A stretch of 64,000 nt of DNA from assembly GCA_965242525.1 (NCBI GenBank), contig OZ251459.1, positions 1,504,001 through 1,568,000 on the forward strand, written 5' to 3'. Made by a program: the position numbers and the translations under genes. This document shows positions 10,195 to 18,784 of the stretch, one piece after another (the stretch's first letter is position 1; every line of letters starts with the position of its first letter). Below the pieces are notes generated by a model. That model was given only the letters and a program-made list of their open reading frames with translations. It was not told the DNA's origin and searched no databases. This stretch comes from an uncultured Candidatus Binatia bacterium. GTDB lineage: Bacteria > Desulfobacterota > Binatia > UBA9968 > JAJDTQ01.

Positions 10195-10396
10195 CCCACC
10201 TCGTCGTTCCCGCAGACTCCCACCTCGTCGTTCCCGCAGACTCCCACCTCGTCGTTCCCGCAGACTCCCACCTCGTCATTCCCGCAGACTCCCACCTCGT
10301 CATTCCCGCAGACTCCCACCTCGTCATTCCCGCAGACTCCCACCTCGTCATTCCCGCGAAGCCCCACTCCCGTCATTCCCGCGAAAGCGGGAATCC
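10195..10396. repeat. Tandem array of 24-bp units (cccacctcgtc[ag]ttcccgcagact, ~7 copies) ending in a family-B palindrome (gtcattcccgcgaaagcgggaatcc)
   Basis: Units start at 10195, 10219, 10243, 10267, 10291, 10315, 10339; degenerate units extend back to ~10130. Confidence 0.92.
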
Positions 10397-10462
10397 ACTT
10401 TGCCAGATCCACGGAAAGGGATTCGACGTGACACCCACATATGGAGCGATGGACTCCCATCC

Positions 10463-10502
10463 CCGTTCGTCCTGAGCGTAGCGAAGCGAAGTCGAAGGAC
10501 GC
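10463..10502. repeat. REP-like palindrome family A
   Basis: Exact 40-bp consensus copy. Confidence 0.9.
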
Positions 10503-10545
10503 TCTCATGCCTTCTGCCCGATTGTTCAGGGGTTCCTGGAAAGTG

Positions 10546-10702
10546 GATTCCCGCTTTCGCGGGAATGACGGAGTGGGCTTTTGCGGAATGACAGGGGTGG
10601 GCCTTCATGGGAATGACGGGAGTGGGCTTTCGTGGGAATGACGGAGGGTGCGCGTCTGCGGGAATGACGAGATGGGGCATCTGCGGGAATGAGGAGGTGG
10701 GG
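10546..10702. repeat. Inverted family-B palindrome plus degenerate tandem units (mirror of the 10130-10396 array)
   Basis: ggattcccgctttcgcgggaatgac followed by repeated gggaatgac units. Confidence 0.85.
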
Positions 10703-10852
10703 CGTCCGCGGCGCGCTGCCCGCCGGGCCCGCGCGGTTTGACAAAGCCGGACCGCGCCAGTAACAATCAGGGCCGCGAGGCGCGGGGCGGAACCCGTGAG
10801 CGGAACGGCTCCGCGCTCGCGTTTCCGCGGCCCCGCGCAAGCGGCTCGTTCC

Positions 10853-12292
10853 ATGCCCGAAGTCCGAACACGTTTCGCCCCGAGCCCCACCGGATACCTG
10901 CACATCGGCGGCGCGCGCACCGCGCTGTTCAACTACCTCCACGCCCGGGGCCTCCAGGGCAGGTTCATACTCCGCATCGAGGACACCGACCGCCGGCGCT
11001 CCACGCCGGAAGCCATCGACGCCATCCTCCGCAGCCTCGAATGGCTGCAACTCGACTGGGACGAGGGGCCGTTCTACCAGACGGAACGGAGCGGCCTCTA
11101 CCGGGAGCGCATCCGCTCCCTGCTGCGCGCGGGCGACGCCTACCCGTGCGTGTGCACGGCCGAGACCCTGGACGCCAAGCGGCGGGCCGCGCTGGAAGGG
11201 AAGCGCAAGCCCATGTACGACGGCGCCTGCCGCCCGCGGGAGCGCGCGGAAGCGCCGCTGCCGGAAGGCGCGCCCTTCACCGTCCGGTTCCGCTCGCCGG
11301 AGCGCGGGACCACGGTGGTGGAGGACAAGGTCAAGGGCCGGGTGGCCTTCGACAACGCCGAACTGGACGACCTCATCATCGCCCGCTCGGACGGTACTCC
11401 CACCTACAACTTCTGCGTGGTCTGCGACGACATCGACATGCGCATCACCCACGTCATCCGGGGCGACGACCACCTGTCCAACACCCCCCGGCAACTCCAG
11501 CTCTACCAAGCCCTGGGCGCCGAGCCGCCGGTGTTCGCCCACGTGCCGCTGATCCTCGGAGTGGACAGGAAACGCCTCAGCAAGCGGCACGGGGCCACTT
11601 CGGTCACCGCCTACCGGGACATGGGCTACTACCCCGAGGCGCTGAACAACTACCTGGCGAGGCTGGGATGGTCCCACGGCGACCAGGAGATATTCGACCG
11701 CGGGGAACTGGTGGAGAAGTTCGGCATCGACTCGGTGGGCAAGTCCTCCGCGGTCTTCAACCCCGACAAGCTGCTGTGGCTCAACGCCCACTACCTCAGG
11801 GCCCGTCCCCTGTCCCGGCTGGCCGAGGACGCGGTCCCCTGGGTCACGGCCCAGGGCCACGACGCCCCGGACGACCGCGCTTGGCTCGAGAAGATGGTGG
11901 CCACCTTGAGGGAGCGCGCCAAGTCCCTGGCGGAGCTCGCGGAGATGGGGCGCTTCTACCTGACGGATGAGGTCTCCATCGACGAGAAGGCCGCGCGGAA
12001 GCACCTGACCCCCGAGACCCGCCCGCTCCTGGAGGAGGCCGCGGCGAGGCTGGGGGCGCTGGCCGACTTCGACCCGGCCGGCATCGAGGGGGCCTTCGGC
12101 GAGATGGTGGCGGAACGGGGCATCGGCCTGGGCAAGGCGGCCCAGCCGGTACGGGTCGCGCTCACCGGCTCCACCGTGAGCCCCGGCATCTACGAGGTCA
12201 TCCACGTCCTCGGAAGGGACCGGACCCTGACGCGCTTGGCCGGGGGCATCCGGTACATCGACTCCGGCCCGGAGGGGCTCCGGGGCCCATGA
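10853..12292 (+). CDS. gltX: Glutamate--tRNA ligase
   Basis: 'RTRFAPSPTGYLHIGGARTALFN', 'LRIEDTD', 'RLSKRHGA'; TTGACA at 10738 upstream. Confidence 0.97.
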   Translation: MPEVRTRFAPSPTGYLHIGGARTALFNYLHARGLQGRFILRIEDTDRRRSTPEAIDAILRSLEWLQLDWDEGPFYQTERSGLYRERIRSLLRAGDAYPCVCTAETLDAKRRAALEGKRKPMYDGACRPRERAEAPLPEGAPFTVRFRSPERGTTVVEDKVKGRVAFDNAELDDLIIARSDGTPTYNFCVVCDDIDMRITHVIRGDDHLSNTPRQLQLYQALGAEPPVFAHVPLILGVDRKRLSKRHGATSVTAYRDMGYYPEALNNYLARLGWSHGDQEIFDRGELVEKFGIDSVGKSSAVFNPDKLLWLNAHYLRARPLSRLAEDAVPWVTAQGHDAPDDRAWLEKMVATLRERAKSLAELAEMGRFYLTDEVSIDEKAARKHLTPETRPLLEEAAARLGALADFDPAGIEGAFGEMVAERGIGLGKAAQPVRVALTGSTVSPGIYEVIHVLGRDRTLTRLAGGIRYIDSGPEGLRGP

Positions 12293-12329
12293 AAGGGAAG
12301 CGGGCGCGGCCGCGCCGCCCGCGCTCGCC

Positions 12330-13199
12330 GTGGACCCCCTCATCCCGCTGCTGGCCCTGGGCGCCGCCCTGTGCTTCTCGTCCGGCCAGATCTGTTCCCG
12401 GCTGGGCCTGAACTACGGCACCCCCACCGGCGCCATCTCCTTCTCGCTCTTCACCTCCACCGTCATCCTGCTGCTGGCCCTGGGTCCCCTCGCTTCCCTG
12501 GACCGCGCGCCCCCCGCGGGGCTCCTGCTGCTCACCGGCGCCGGGGTGCTGTCGCCCTTCTGCACCCAGATCCTGCTGTTCGTCTCGGCCAGCAAGGTGG
12601 GCATCTCCCGGGCCTCGCCGCTGCGCAACACCACCCCCCTGTTCGCCGGGGTGGTGGCGGTGGCGCTCCTGGGGGAGACCGTCACCGTCCCCATCGCGGT
12701 CGGGACCCTGCTCATCGTGCTGGGCGCGAGCCTCCTGGGCATCAAGGAATCCGAGACCGCCTTCCCCTACCGGCGCGTCTATCTCCTGCTGCCGGTGATG
12801 GCTGCGTTCCTGGGGGGCTTCTCCAACCCCATGCGCAAGCTCGCCTACACCATGATCGAGTCGGTTCCGCTGGCCATCTGCGTGGTGCAGGGAGGGGCAT
12901 TCGCGGCCCTGGTGACCTACCTGCTGGCCACGGGAAAGCACCGCGAGCTGGTGTTCCGGCGCGAGACCCTGGGCTGGTTCGGCCTGTCCGGGGTGCTCAA
13001 CAGCGCCGCGGTGGCCTGCAACATGACCGCGCTGGAGATGGGGGACGTGGTGCTGGTGTCGCCGCTCATCGCCACCACCCCGCTCTTCACCGTGCTCCTG
13101 AGCACGGTCTTCCTGCGGTCCTTCGAGAAGGTGACCCTCAAGGTGGCCGCGGGGGCCGGGGCCATCTTCCTGGGGGGAGTGGTGCTGACGGCGTTCTGA
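12330..13199 (+). CDS. EamA/DMT family transporter
   Basis: ~10 TM helices in two repeats; 'LLGETVT', 'FEKVT'. Confidence 0.88.
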   Translation: MDPLIPLLALGAALCFSSGQICSRLGLNYGTPTGAISFSLFTSTVILLLALGPLASLDRAPPAGLLLLTGAGVLSPFCTQILLFVSASKVGISRASPLRNTTPLFAGVVAVALLGETVTVPIAVGTLLIVLGASLLGIKESETAFPYRRVYLLLPVMAAFLGGFSNPMRKLAYTMIESVPLAICVVQGGAFAALVTYLLATGKHRELVFRRETLGWFGLSGVLNSAAVACNMTALEMGDVVLVSPLIATTPLFTVLLSTVFLRSFEKVTLKVAAGAGAIFLGGVVLTAF

Positions 13200-13269
13200 G
13201 GGCGGGCGGCCCCGCCTCGGGAAGCGCGGCCGACCCCTACCGGGGGAACGGGAACGGCGCGGCCTCCGC

Positions 13270-13983
13270 TCAGCCGATGGTCCCGTCGAGCAGTCTTCCG
13301 TATCCGGGAAGCGACGGCTCCAGGTCCAGCCCCTTCAACGCCTCCCAGATCCATGCCTGGGTGTTGGTGATGACGGGCTTGCCCAGGTCCGCCTCCAGCC
13401 GCTCGATGACGGACGAGACGCGCCACTTGTTGCAGGGCATGTAGATGCCGTCCACGTTGGGGCACTCGGCGAGGACCGCGGCCGCCAAGTCGTAGCCGGT
13501 CTCGGGGGCCAACTCCCAGATCTCCTGGGTGTTGTGGTAGCCCAGACCGCGGTTGGCGGCCACCTCCACGTTGTAGTGGTCCAGGAACCGGATGAGGTTC
13601 TCGTCCTGGTCGTGGGGAAACGGCGAGGCCATGACCACCCGATAGACGTCCAGGGATTTGAGCGCCCGCACCACCGCGGTCAACACCGTCGAAGCGTTCA
13701 CCGGGGTGATCTCCCTCACCGAGTCGAGCACCAGCCGGTCCGAGCCCGGACCGCGGTAGGAAAGGAACAACTCGCCGGTGATCATCAGGAAGTCCAGGGA
13801 CTCGCCGGCCAAGTCCCGGACCACGTCCGCGAAGGCCTCGTCCACCCTGGCGAAGTCCTCGTCCGTGAACGCGCCGACCTGCAAGGGCCGGCCCTTTATC
13901 TCGATGCCTTCCGGCAGGATGCGGTAGTACTCCTGGATGGTCGGGTCGTCCAGGTTGGGCGAGATCAGGCCCAAGCTCTTCAT
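13270..13983 (-). CDS. Maleate cis-trans isomerase / Asp-Glu racemase family protein
   Basis: 'LGLISP', 'VMASPF', 'DGIYMPCNKW', 'LEADLGKPVITN'; start placed at ATG 13983 (RBS ggagga). Confidence 0.82.
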   Translation of the reverse strand: MKSLGLISPNLDDPTIQEYYRILPEGIEIKGRPLQVGAFTDEDFARVDEAFADVVRDLAGESLDFLMITGELFLSYRGPGSDRLVLDSVREITPVNASTVLTAVVRALKSLDVYRVVMASPFPHDQDENLIRFLDHYNVEVAANRGLGYHNTQEIWELAPETGYDLAAAVLAECPNVDGIYMPCNKWRVSSVIERLEADLGKPVITNTQAWIWEALKGLDLEPSLPGYGRLLDGTIG

Positions 13984-14339
13984 CGGGTCCTCCGTGAGAC
14001 GCTGCCGGACACGCCGCCCCGGGCCTCCGGCGCAACGCCAACGCCTTCGACGAAAAAGACCAGCGCGCCCTCTTGGCCTGGCCAAGCGGCGGCTGGTCCG
14101 TCGTCGGGTTCAGTCGTTCATCTCGCTCGCGTTGCGCGGCCGGTCCGGACGCCGTGCCCGGTCGGGTGTAGGACGCCTACCAGAGCCGTCTTTCACTGTC
14201 AAGAGCGCCCCGGCGGGGGGACGCAGCTTGACTCGCGCCCCGGTCGCTGCTATCCGAAACGGTGACCCGAAGGGGTCGAACGCGGCCCCGCTCCACGAGG
14301 CCTGCGCAGAGGTCCAGAACCCGGGAGGGCTCCGAGTCC

Positions 14340-15170
14340 ATGGCTACCATGATAACCAGCGAGTGCATCAACTGCGGCGCGTGCGAGCCGGAATGCCCCA
14401 ACAACGCCATCACGCAGGCGGACGAGATCTACGTCATCGACCCGCTGCTGTGCACGGAGTGCGTGGGCTTCCACGACTACGAGGCCTGCGCCGCGGTCTG
14501 TCCGGTGGACTGCTGCGTGACCGATCCCAACAACGTGGAGAGCGAGGAGGCCCTCATCGGCCGCGCGCGGGAGATCCACGCCGACACGGACTTCGGCGAA
14601 GCCTTCGAGTCCCGGTTCCGGCAAGGCGAGACGGCCGCCCCGGCCAAGCCCCCGGAGGCGGCGGCTGCCGCACCCGCCCCGGGCGCGCCGCCGCAGGCCG
14701 CCCCGACCGCGGCCGGCGCTCCGGCCCCGGCGTGGGTGGACGCGTCGCAGCCCTCGGTGGCCATACCCGCTCCCGACCAATGGCCCGTGTCCCTCCCCTG
14801 CTTCTCCTGCGGCCAGGCATACGAAGTGGAGACCGGCCGCCTCACCATCGGGAACGTGCTGTTCTGCCCCCGCTGCTACAGGTCCACCGTGGTCAAGGAC
14901 GACCTCAACTACCTCGTCCGCACCGCGGTGGCGCGATTCCACGACCAGTGGGACGCCGAGCTTTCGGAGTTCCTGGAGCAGCGTGAGCGGGAGATGGCGC
15001 TGTTCCGGGAACGGCGGCAGAAGGAGCTTCGGGCCTTCGAGAAAGGCCTGGAGAAGCGCGCGGAGGAGTTCCGCAAGCGTCTCGCCCGGCTCACGGAGGA
15101 CTACCAGGCGCCGGGGAAACAGATCGAGAAGCGGGCGTTGCTGGGCTGGCGCTCCAGGGCCGTTGACTGA
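14340..15170 (+). CDS. YfhL-type 2x[4Fe-4S] ferredoxin fused to Ala/Pro linker, CxxC-CxxC ribbon and coiled coil
   Basis: 'ECINCGACEPECPN', 'CTECVGFHDYEACAAVCPVDCC'; then 'CFSCG...CPRC' and an E/R/K-rich helix. Confidence 0.85.
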   Translation: MATMITSECINCGACEPECPNNAITQADEIYVIDPLLCTECVGFHDYEACAAVCPVDCCVTDPNNVESEEALIGRAREIHADTDFGEAFESRFRQGETAAPAKPPEAAAAAPAPGAPPQAAPTAAGAPAPAWVDASQPSVAIPAPDQWPVSLPCFSCGQAYEVETGRLTIGNVLFCPRCYRSTVVKDDLNYLVRTAVARFHDQWDAELSEFLEQREREMALFRERRQKELRAFEKGLEKRAEEFRKRLARLTEDYQAPGKQIEKRALLGWRSRAVD

Positions 15171-15172
15171 AG

Positions 15173-15637
15173 TTGGCCGCGGACTTCCACATACTCTCCC
15201 TGACCCTCCATACCGGACTCGCCGCCGCCCTGTGGCTCATCCTGCTGCCGGCCTTGCGGCAGGATTCCTTGCGGGAAAGCCGCGCGGATCTGCTGGCGCG
15301 CGTGCTGCAGGTATACAACCCGGCGCAGGTTGCGCTGCTGGGCGTGCTGACCTTGACCGGAGCGTCGCAGATCACCGACCTCAAGGCCCTCCACCGGGCC
15401 TCCTACGCCGCTGCGTTCGGCGACGCCCTGACCGTCAAGCTGCTCTTGGCCTTCTTCGTCGTCATGCTCGGGGTCTGGCAGTGCATGGGCATCGGCCACC
15501 GTTTCGTCCGGCTCCACGAGTCCCCGGAAGGCGTCGGCCACGAGGACACGGAGGCGGTCCTGCGCAGGCTGGACCGTTCCTCTGTGGTGGTCCTCGCGTT
15601 CCTGGCGGCTGCGGTGTTCGCCGGAATCTCCCTGTAG
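15173..15637 (+). CDS. Four-TM membrane protein (CopD-like)
   Basis: Hydrophobic pattern, 'LTLTG', 'LTVKLLL'; TTG start right after the upstream stop. Confidence 0.6.
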   Translation: MAADFHILSLTLHTGLAAALWLILLPALRQDSLRESRADLLARVLQVYNPAQVALLGVLTLTGASQITDLKALHRASYAAAFGDALTVKLLLAFFVVMLGVWQCMGIGHRFVRLHESPEGVGHEDTEAVLRRLDRSSVVVLAFLAAAVFAGISL

Positions 15638-15709
15638 CGGGCCGCAACCCGTATCCGCCGCCGGGGAGAGGGACGTTCGTATTGCCCAATCCCGCTGATA
15701 TATGCTATA

Positions 15710-15838
15710 AGAAATCCTGAACGATCGAGCCAGGGGCCATGAGCGCGTCCTTCGATTTCGCTTCGCTCAGGACGAACGGGGACGGGATCGTCAGGGTGAG
15801 GGCATCCACCCTGGATGTCTCGGTTGTTCAGAGGTTCC
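15710..15838. mobile_element. MITE-like element with IS5-like ends and an internally shortened family-A REP
   Basis: gaaatcctgaacgat ... ttgttcagaggttcc; internal gcgtccttcgatttcgcttcgctcaggacgaacgg. Confidence 0.55.
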
Positions 15839-16076
15839 CGTAAACAGACGCCGTGAACATGGTTGCAGTAGCGCAAAAGAATCCGGCCATGCGTCGAAAT
15901 CGTCCGCTGGAACCCATTGCCAGGAGACCCCCCCCCCCCCCCCGTCATTCCCGCGAAGGCATGTCATCGCGGAAGCGGGGACGGGAATCCGCTTTCTTCA
16001 TCGCTCTCGTCGTACAAACATCTCCAGGTCGGATTCCCCTTCTCGGTCAACTCGATCCTCCATGCATGATTCCTCC

Positions 16077-16101
16077 GGATTCCCGCTTTCGCGGGAATGA
16101 C
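16077..16101. repeat. REP-like palindrome family B (ATTCCC-N8-GGGAAT)
   Basis: ggattcccgctttcgcgggaatgac; an interrupted copy lies at ~15944-15990. Confidence 0.85.
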
Positions 16102-16261
16102 GGGTGGGCGTCTGCAGGAACGACGAAGTGGGCGTTCGTATCTCGGGAAACCCTGAACAATCGAGACACCCAGGATGGATTAGCGGTTCCCTCGATGGGT
16201 TGGGGAGGATCGACCCCGTTCGACCCCGGGCGCTCCGTATGAACCAGGAAGGAGACTTCAC

Positions 16262-18148
16262 ATGAGATCAACCGAAGACCGTTTCCATCCAAGGCGCTTC
16301 CGGAATTCGTGTGGGTTGCGACACTCCCCATCCCGAAATCCCGCTTCATGCAAAGGTCTCGGGACAATCCTCCCCGTTCGTCCCGAGCGTAGCGGAGCGA
16401 AGTCGAAGGACGCCCTCTTCGTCCTCGCAACCGTCCTCATGGTCGCGGCCCTCGCCGGCTGCGGGGGCGGCAGCAGCAGCAAGATGGCGGCGCTGCCCAT
16501 GCCTACCCCCATAGCGCTGCCTCAGGGCATCGTGCTGGAACCGGGCGCCATCTTGACCATCCCGGCAGGAACGAGCCGGCCCGTCGGACAGGCCGATGGC
16601 CTCAGGGCCGTCGCCAGTTGCCCCCAAGGCGGCGAAGACTGCGTCATCACCGGTGGCCCGGACGGCGCCGCCCAGTACACCGGCGGCACTCCCACCGTAG
16701 ATACCGTTCCCTATACCACCATCCAACTGCCCGAAGGCGACCTCATGCTGCCCGAGGATCCCATCACCATCCTTGCCGGCACCTCCTACATACTTCGCCA
16801 AACCTTCGACGCCAGGACCGAACTCAAATGCCCCGACGCCGGCCCGGACTGCGTCGTCTCCCTTGCCGAGAACGGCGCCGCCGAATCCACCGGCGGCGCC
16901 CCCACGGTCGTGACCTACACCACCCTGTACCTGCCCATTGGCCATACCCTGACCGAAGGCCCCATCCTTGCCGGTGAGAGCCGGCCGTTGGGCGGCTATT
17001 CCAAGGGCAGCAGCAATGTCCTCGTGTGCCCGGCCGACGGCCCGGACTGCGAGATCGTCCTTGGGAAGTACGACTTCGAATCCACCGGCGGCGCGCCCTA
17101 CGTCGAGACCACGGTCATCAACCAGATGGTCTGGCAGGCCAACAACGGCCCTGACGGGACTTCCGACGGAGCCCACGCCAGGGGCCTCGAAGGGAGGCTG
17201 ATCCGGGGCAGCAACCTCAACGTCACCAACCCCCTGCTCGGATCAGGGGGGAGCCAGCGGGCCCAAAGGCAGACAGCCGTGGTGAACAACACTCGGAACA
17301 TGGGATCGGATCCCATGCGGACGGTGACGCCCACCGCAAGCTGGGCCAGCAGCGACGCCGCGCCGACGCTGGGGTTGACCGTGTCGAGCACGGGGGCCAA
17401 CACCTTCTCGGTTGACGACGACAGTGATCTCCCCAGCCTTGGAACCGGTTGGAACGGCGCCGTGCTGCACAAAACCGTCCCCACCGGAAACACCGCGCAT
17501 GCCATCCTCTACTCGGACATCACGAAGCAACCTGCCGGGGGAAGCGCGGACACCTTCTACATAACCCTCGGAGTATGGCTGGTGATGCCCGACGACCCCG
17601 CCGCCGCCAGCACCTTCTACGACCTGGGGGCCTTCGCGCATGGCTCGTCGGGCCTGCTCAGCAGTGTGACCGGCTCAATCCACCCTATCACCGGCATGGC
17701 CACCTTCAGAGGTCCGGCAGCCGGTCTCTATTCCGCGGCTACCTACAGCGACTCGGGCGGCTCGCGCGCGCTGGAAACCGCAGAGGTCGGCTCCTTCACC
17801 GCAACCGCCACCATCAACGCGAACTTCGGCGGGGCTGGCTCCTTTTCAGGTGTCAGCGGAACCGTGACCGATTTCATGGAGAACGGCGAATCCCTCGGCA
17901 ATTGGAGAGTGAACCTCGACACTACGTCCAACAGCACCGCCGGCAGTCCGGGACTCTTCATAGGCCAGATTTCTGGCGGTCAAGCAGGCAGTCGTAGTCT
18001 GGGTACCGGAAACTGGGGAGTCGAGTTCTACCGGAGCGGGGCCAGCGGTCACCCGGACTTGGCCCTGGGGATTTTCACTGCCTCCACCCTCGGCCCCGCT
18101 GAAGATGCCCTGCACATCGTCGGCGCCTTCGGCGCAGAACGACAATGA
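16262..18148 (+). CDS. Putative surface lipoprotein with three Cys-pair repeats and a TbpB-like C-terminal beta-barrel
   Basis: Lipobox 'ALAGC-GGGSSS'; repeats CPQGGEDCV / CPDAGPDCV / CPADGPDCE each followed by TGG(T/A)P; C-terminus 'GSFTATATINANFG...HIVGAFGAERQ'; start uncertain. Confidence 0.7.
   Translation: MRSTEDRFHPRRFRNSCGLRHSPSRNPASCKGLGTILPVRPERSGAKSKDALFVLATVLMVAALAGCGGGSSSKMAALPMPTPIALPQGIVLEPGAILTIPAGTSRPVGQADGLRAVASCPQGGEDCVITGGPDGAAQYTGGTPTVDTVPYTTIQLPEGDLMLPEDPITILAGTSYILRQTFDARTELKCPDAGPDCVVSLAENGAAESTGGAPTVVTYTTLYLPIGHTLTEGPILAGESRPLGGYSKGSSNVLVCPADGPDCEIVLGKYDFESTGGAPYVETTVINQMVWQANNGPDGTSDGAHARGLEGRLIRGSNLNVTNPLLGSGGSQRAQRQTAVVNNTRNMGSDPMRTVTPTASWASSDAAPTLGLTVSSTGANTFSVDDDSDLPSLGTGWNGAVLHKTVPTGNTAHAILYSDITKQPAGGSADTFYITLGVWLVMPDDPAAASTFYDLGAFAHGSSGLLSSVTGSIHPITGMATFRGPAAGLYSAATYSDSGGSRALETAEVGSFTATATINANFGGAGSFSGVSGTVTDFMENGESLGNWRVNLDTTSNSTAGSPGLFIGQISGGQAGSRSLGTGNWGVEFYRSGASGHPDLALGIFTASTLGPAEDALHIVGAFGAERQ
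16374..16413. repeat. REP-like palindrome family A lying in frame within the lipoprotein ORF N-terminus
   Basis: ccgttcgtcccgagcgtagcggagcgaagtcgaaggacgc. Confidence 0.85.
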
Positions 18149-18301
18149 AACCGCACGCTCCAGGCTTTCGGCCCCCCGAAAGCATGAAGCGCCCTCCCGC
18201 CCAACCCCAACTCGCCTGCCCCGGGTCCGGTGGCGGACCCGAGGCAAGCTCCCCGGTTGACAATCGGAAACCGAACGGCTATTCCCTCATGGGCGCCACG
18301 G

Positions 18302-18658
18302 ATGACTCCAGCCAGAGACAACAAGCCTCGAACGGCCAAGGCCGGGAAGGCGGCCCGCAGCAGCGGACAGGCCAAGGGCGCGGCCAAGGATCCCAGAACG
18401 GACGAGGTCGAGGACCAGGACCTTCCGGGCGACGCGGCCGGCCGGCTGAAGATCAAGCGGCAGTACGAAGACCTCCTGGGAATCCGCATCGAGAAGCTCA
18501 AGGGGCGCGTGCTCAACCGGGAAAAGATCAACAAGACCTTCGAAGGCATCTACTACATCTGCCACGAGTGCAGGAAGATCTGCCACAACCTGGACGAGGG
18601 GCTGGTCCAGGACGCCGAATCCCACCTCTGCTACTGCGGGGGCTGCCGCAAGAAGTGA
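18302..18658 (+). CDS. Small basic hypothetical protein with C-terminal Cys/His cluster
   Basis: GC3-rich codon usage; 'YICHECRKICHN...HLCYCGGCRKK'; start uncertain. Confidence 0.65.
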   Translation: MTPARDNKPRTAKAGKAARSSGQAKGAAKDPRTDEVEDQDLPGDAAGRLKIKRQYEDLLGIRIEKLKGRVLNREKINKTFEGIYYICHECRKICHNLDEGLVQDAESHLCYCGGCRKK

Positions 18659-18663
18659 CCCCG

Positions 18664-18773
18664 GGAAACTCCGAACAATTACTCCCGTTCGTCCTGAGCG
18701 TAGCGAAGCGAAGTCGAAGGACGCGCTTTCCCGCAGGGAGAGGGGGGCCAAGCCGGGATTGATCAGACGTTCA
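18664..18773. mobile_element. 110-bp MITE-like element (IS5-like ends + family-A REP)
   Basis: ggaaactccgaacaatt ... attgatcagacgttc; same length and layout as 30289-30398. Confidence 0.65.
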
Positions 18774-18784
18774 TTGGAGCGGCT

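Noticed and set aside
10195-10362. 24-bp tandem array as a CRISPR array or as repeat-protein ORFs (GNDEVGVC, RRLPPRRS)
   Set aside because: Units are contiguous with no unique spacers and derive from the family-B palindrome; the ORFs are translations of repeat DNA.
13219-13280. Possible degenerate duplication near the stop at 13270 (gggaagcgcggcc / gggaacggcgcggcc)
   Set aside because: Short, gapped and GC-rich; not distinguishable from chance.
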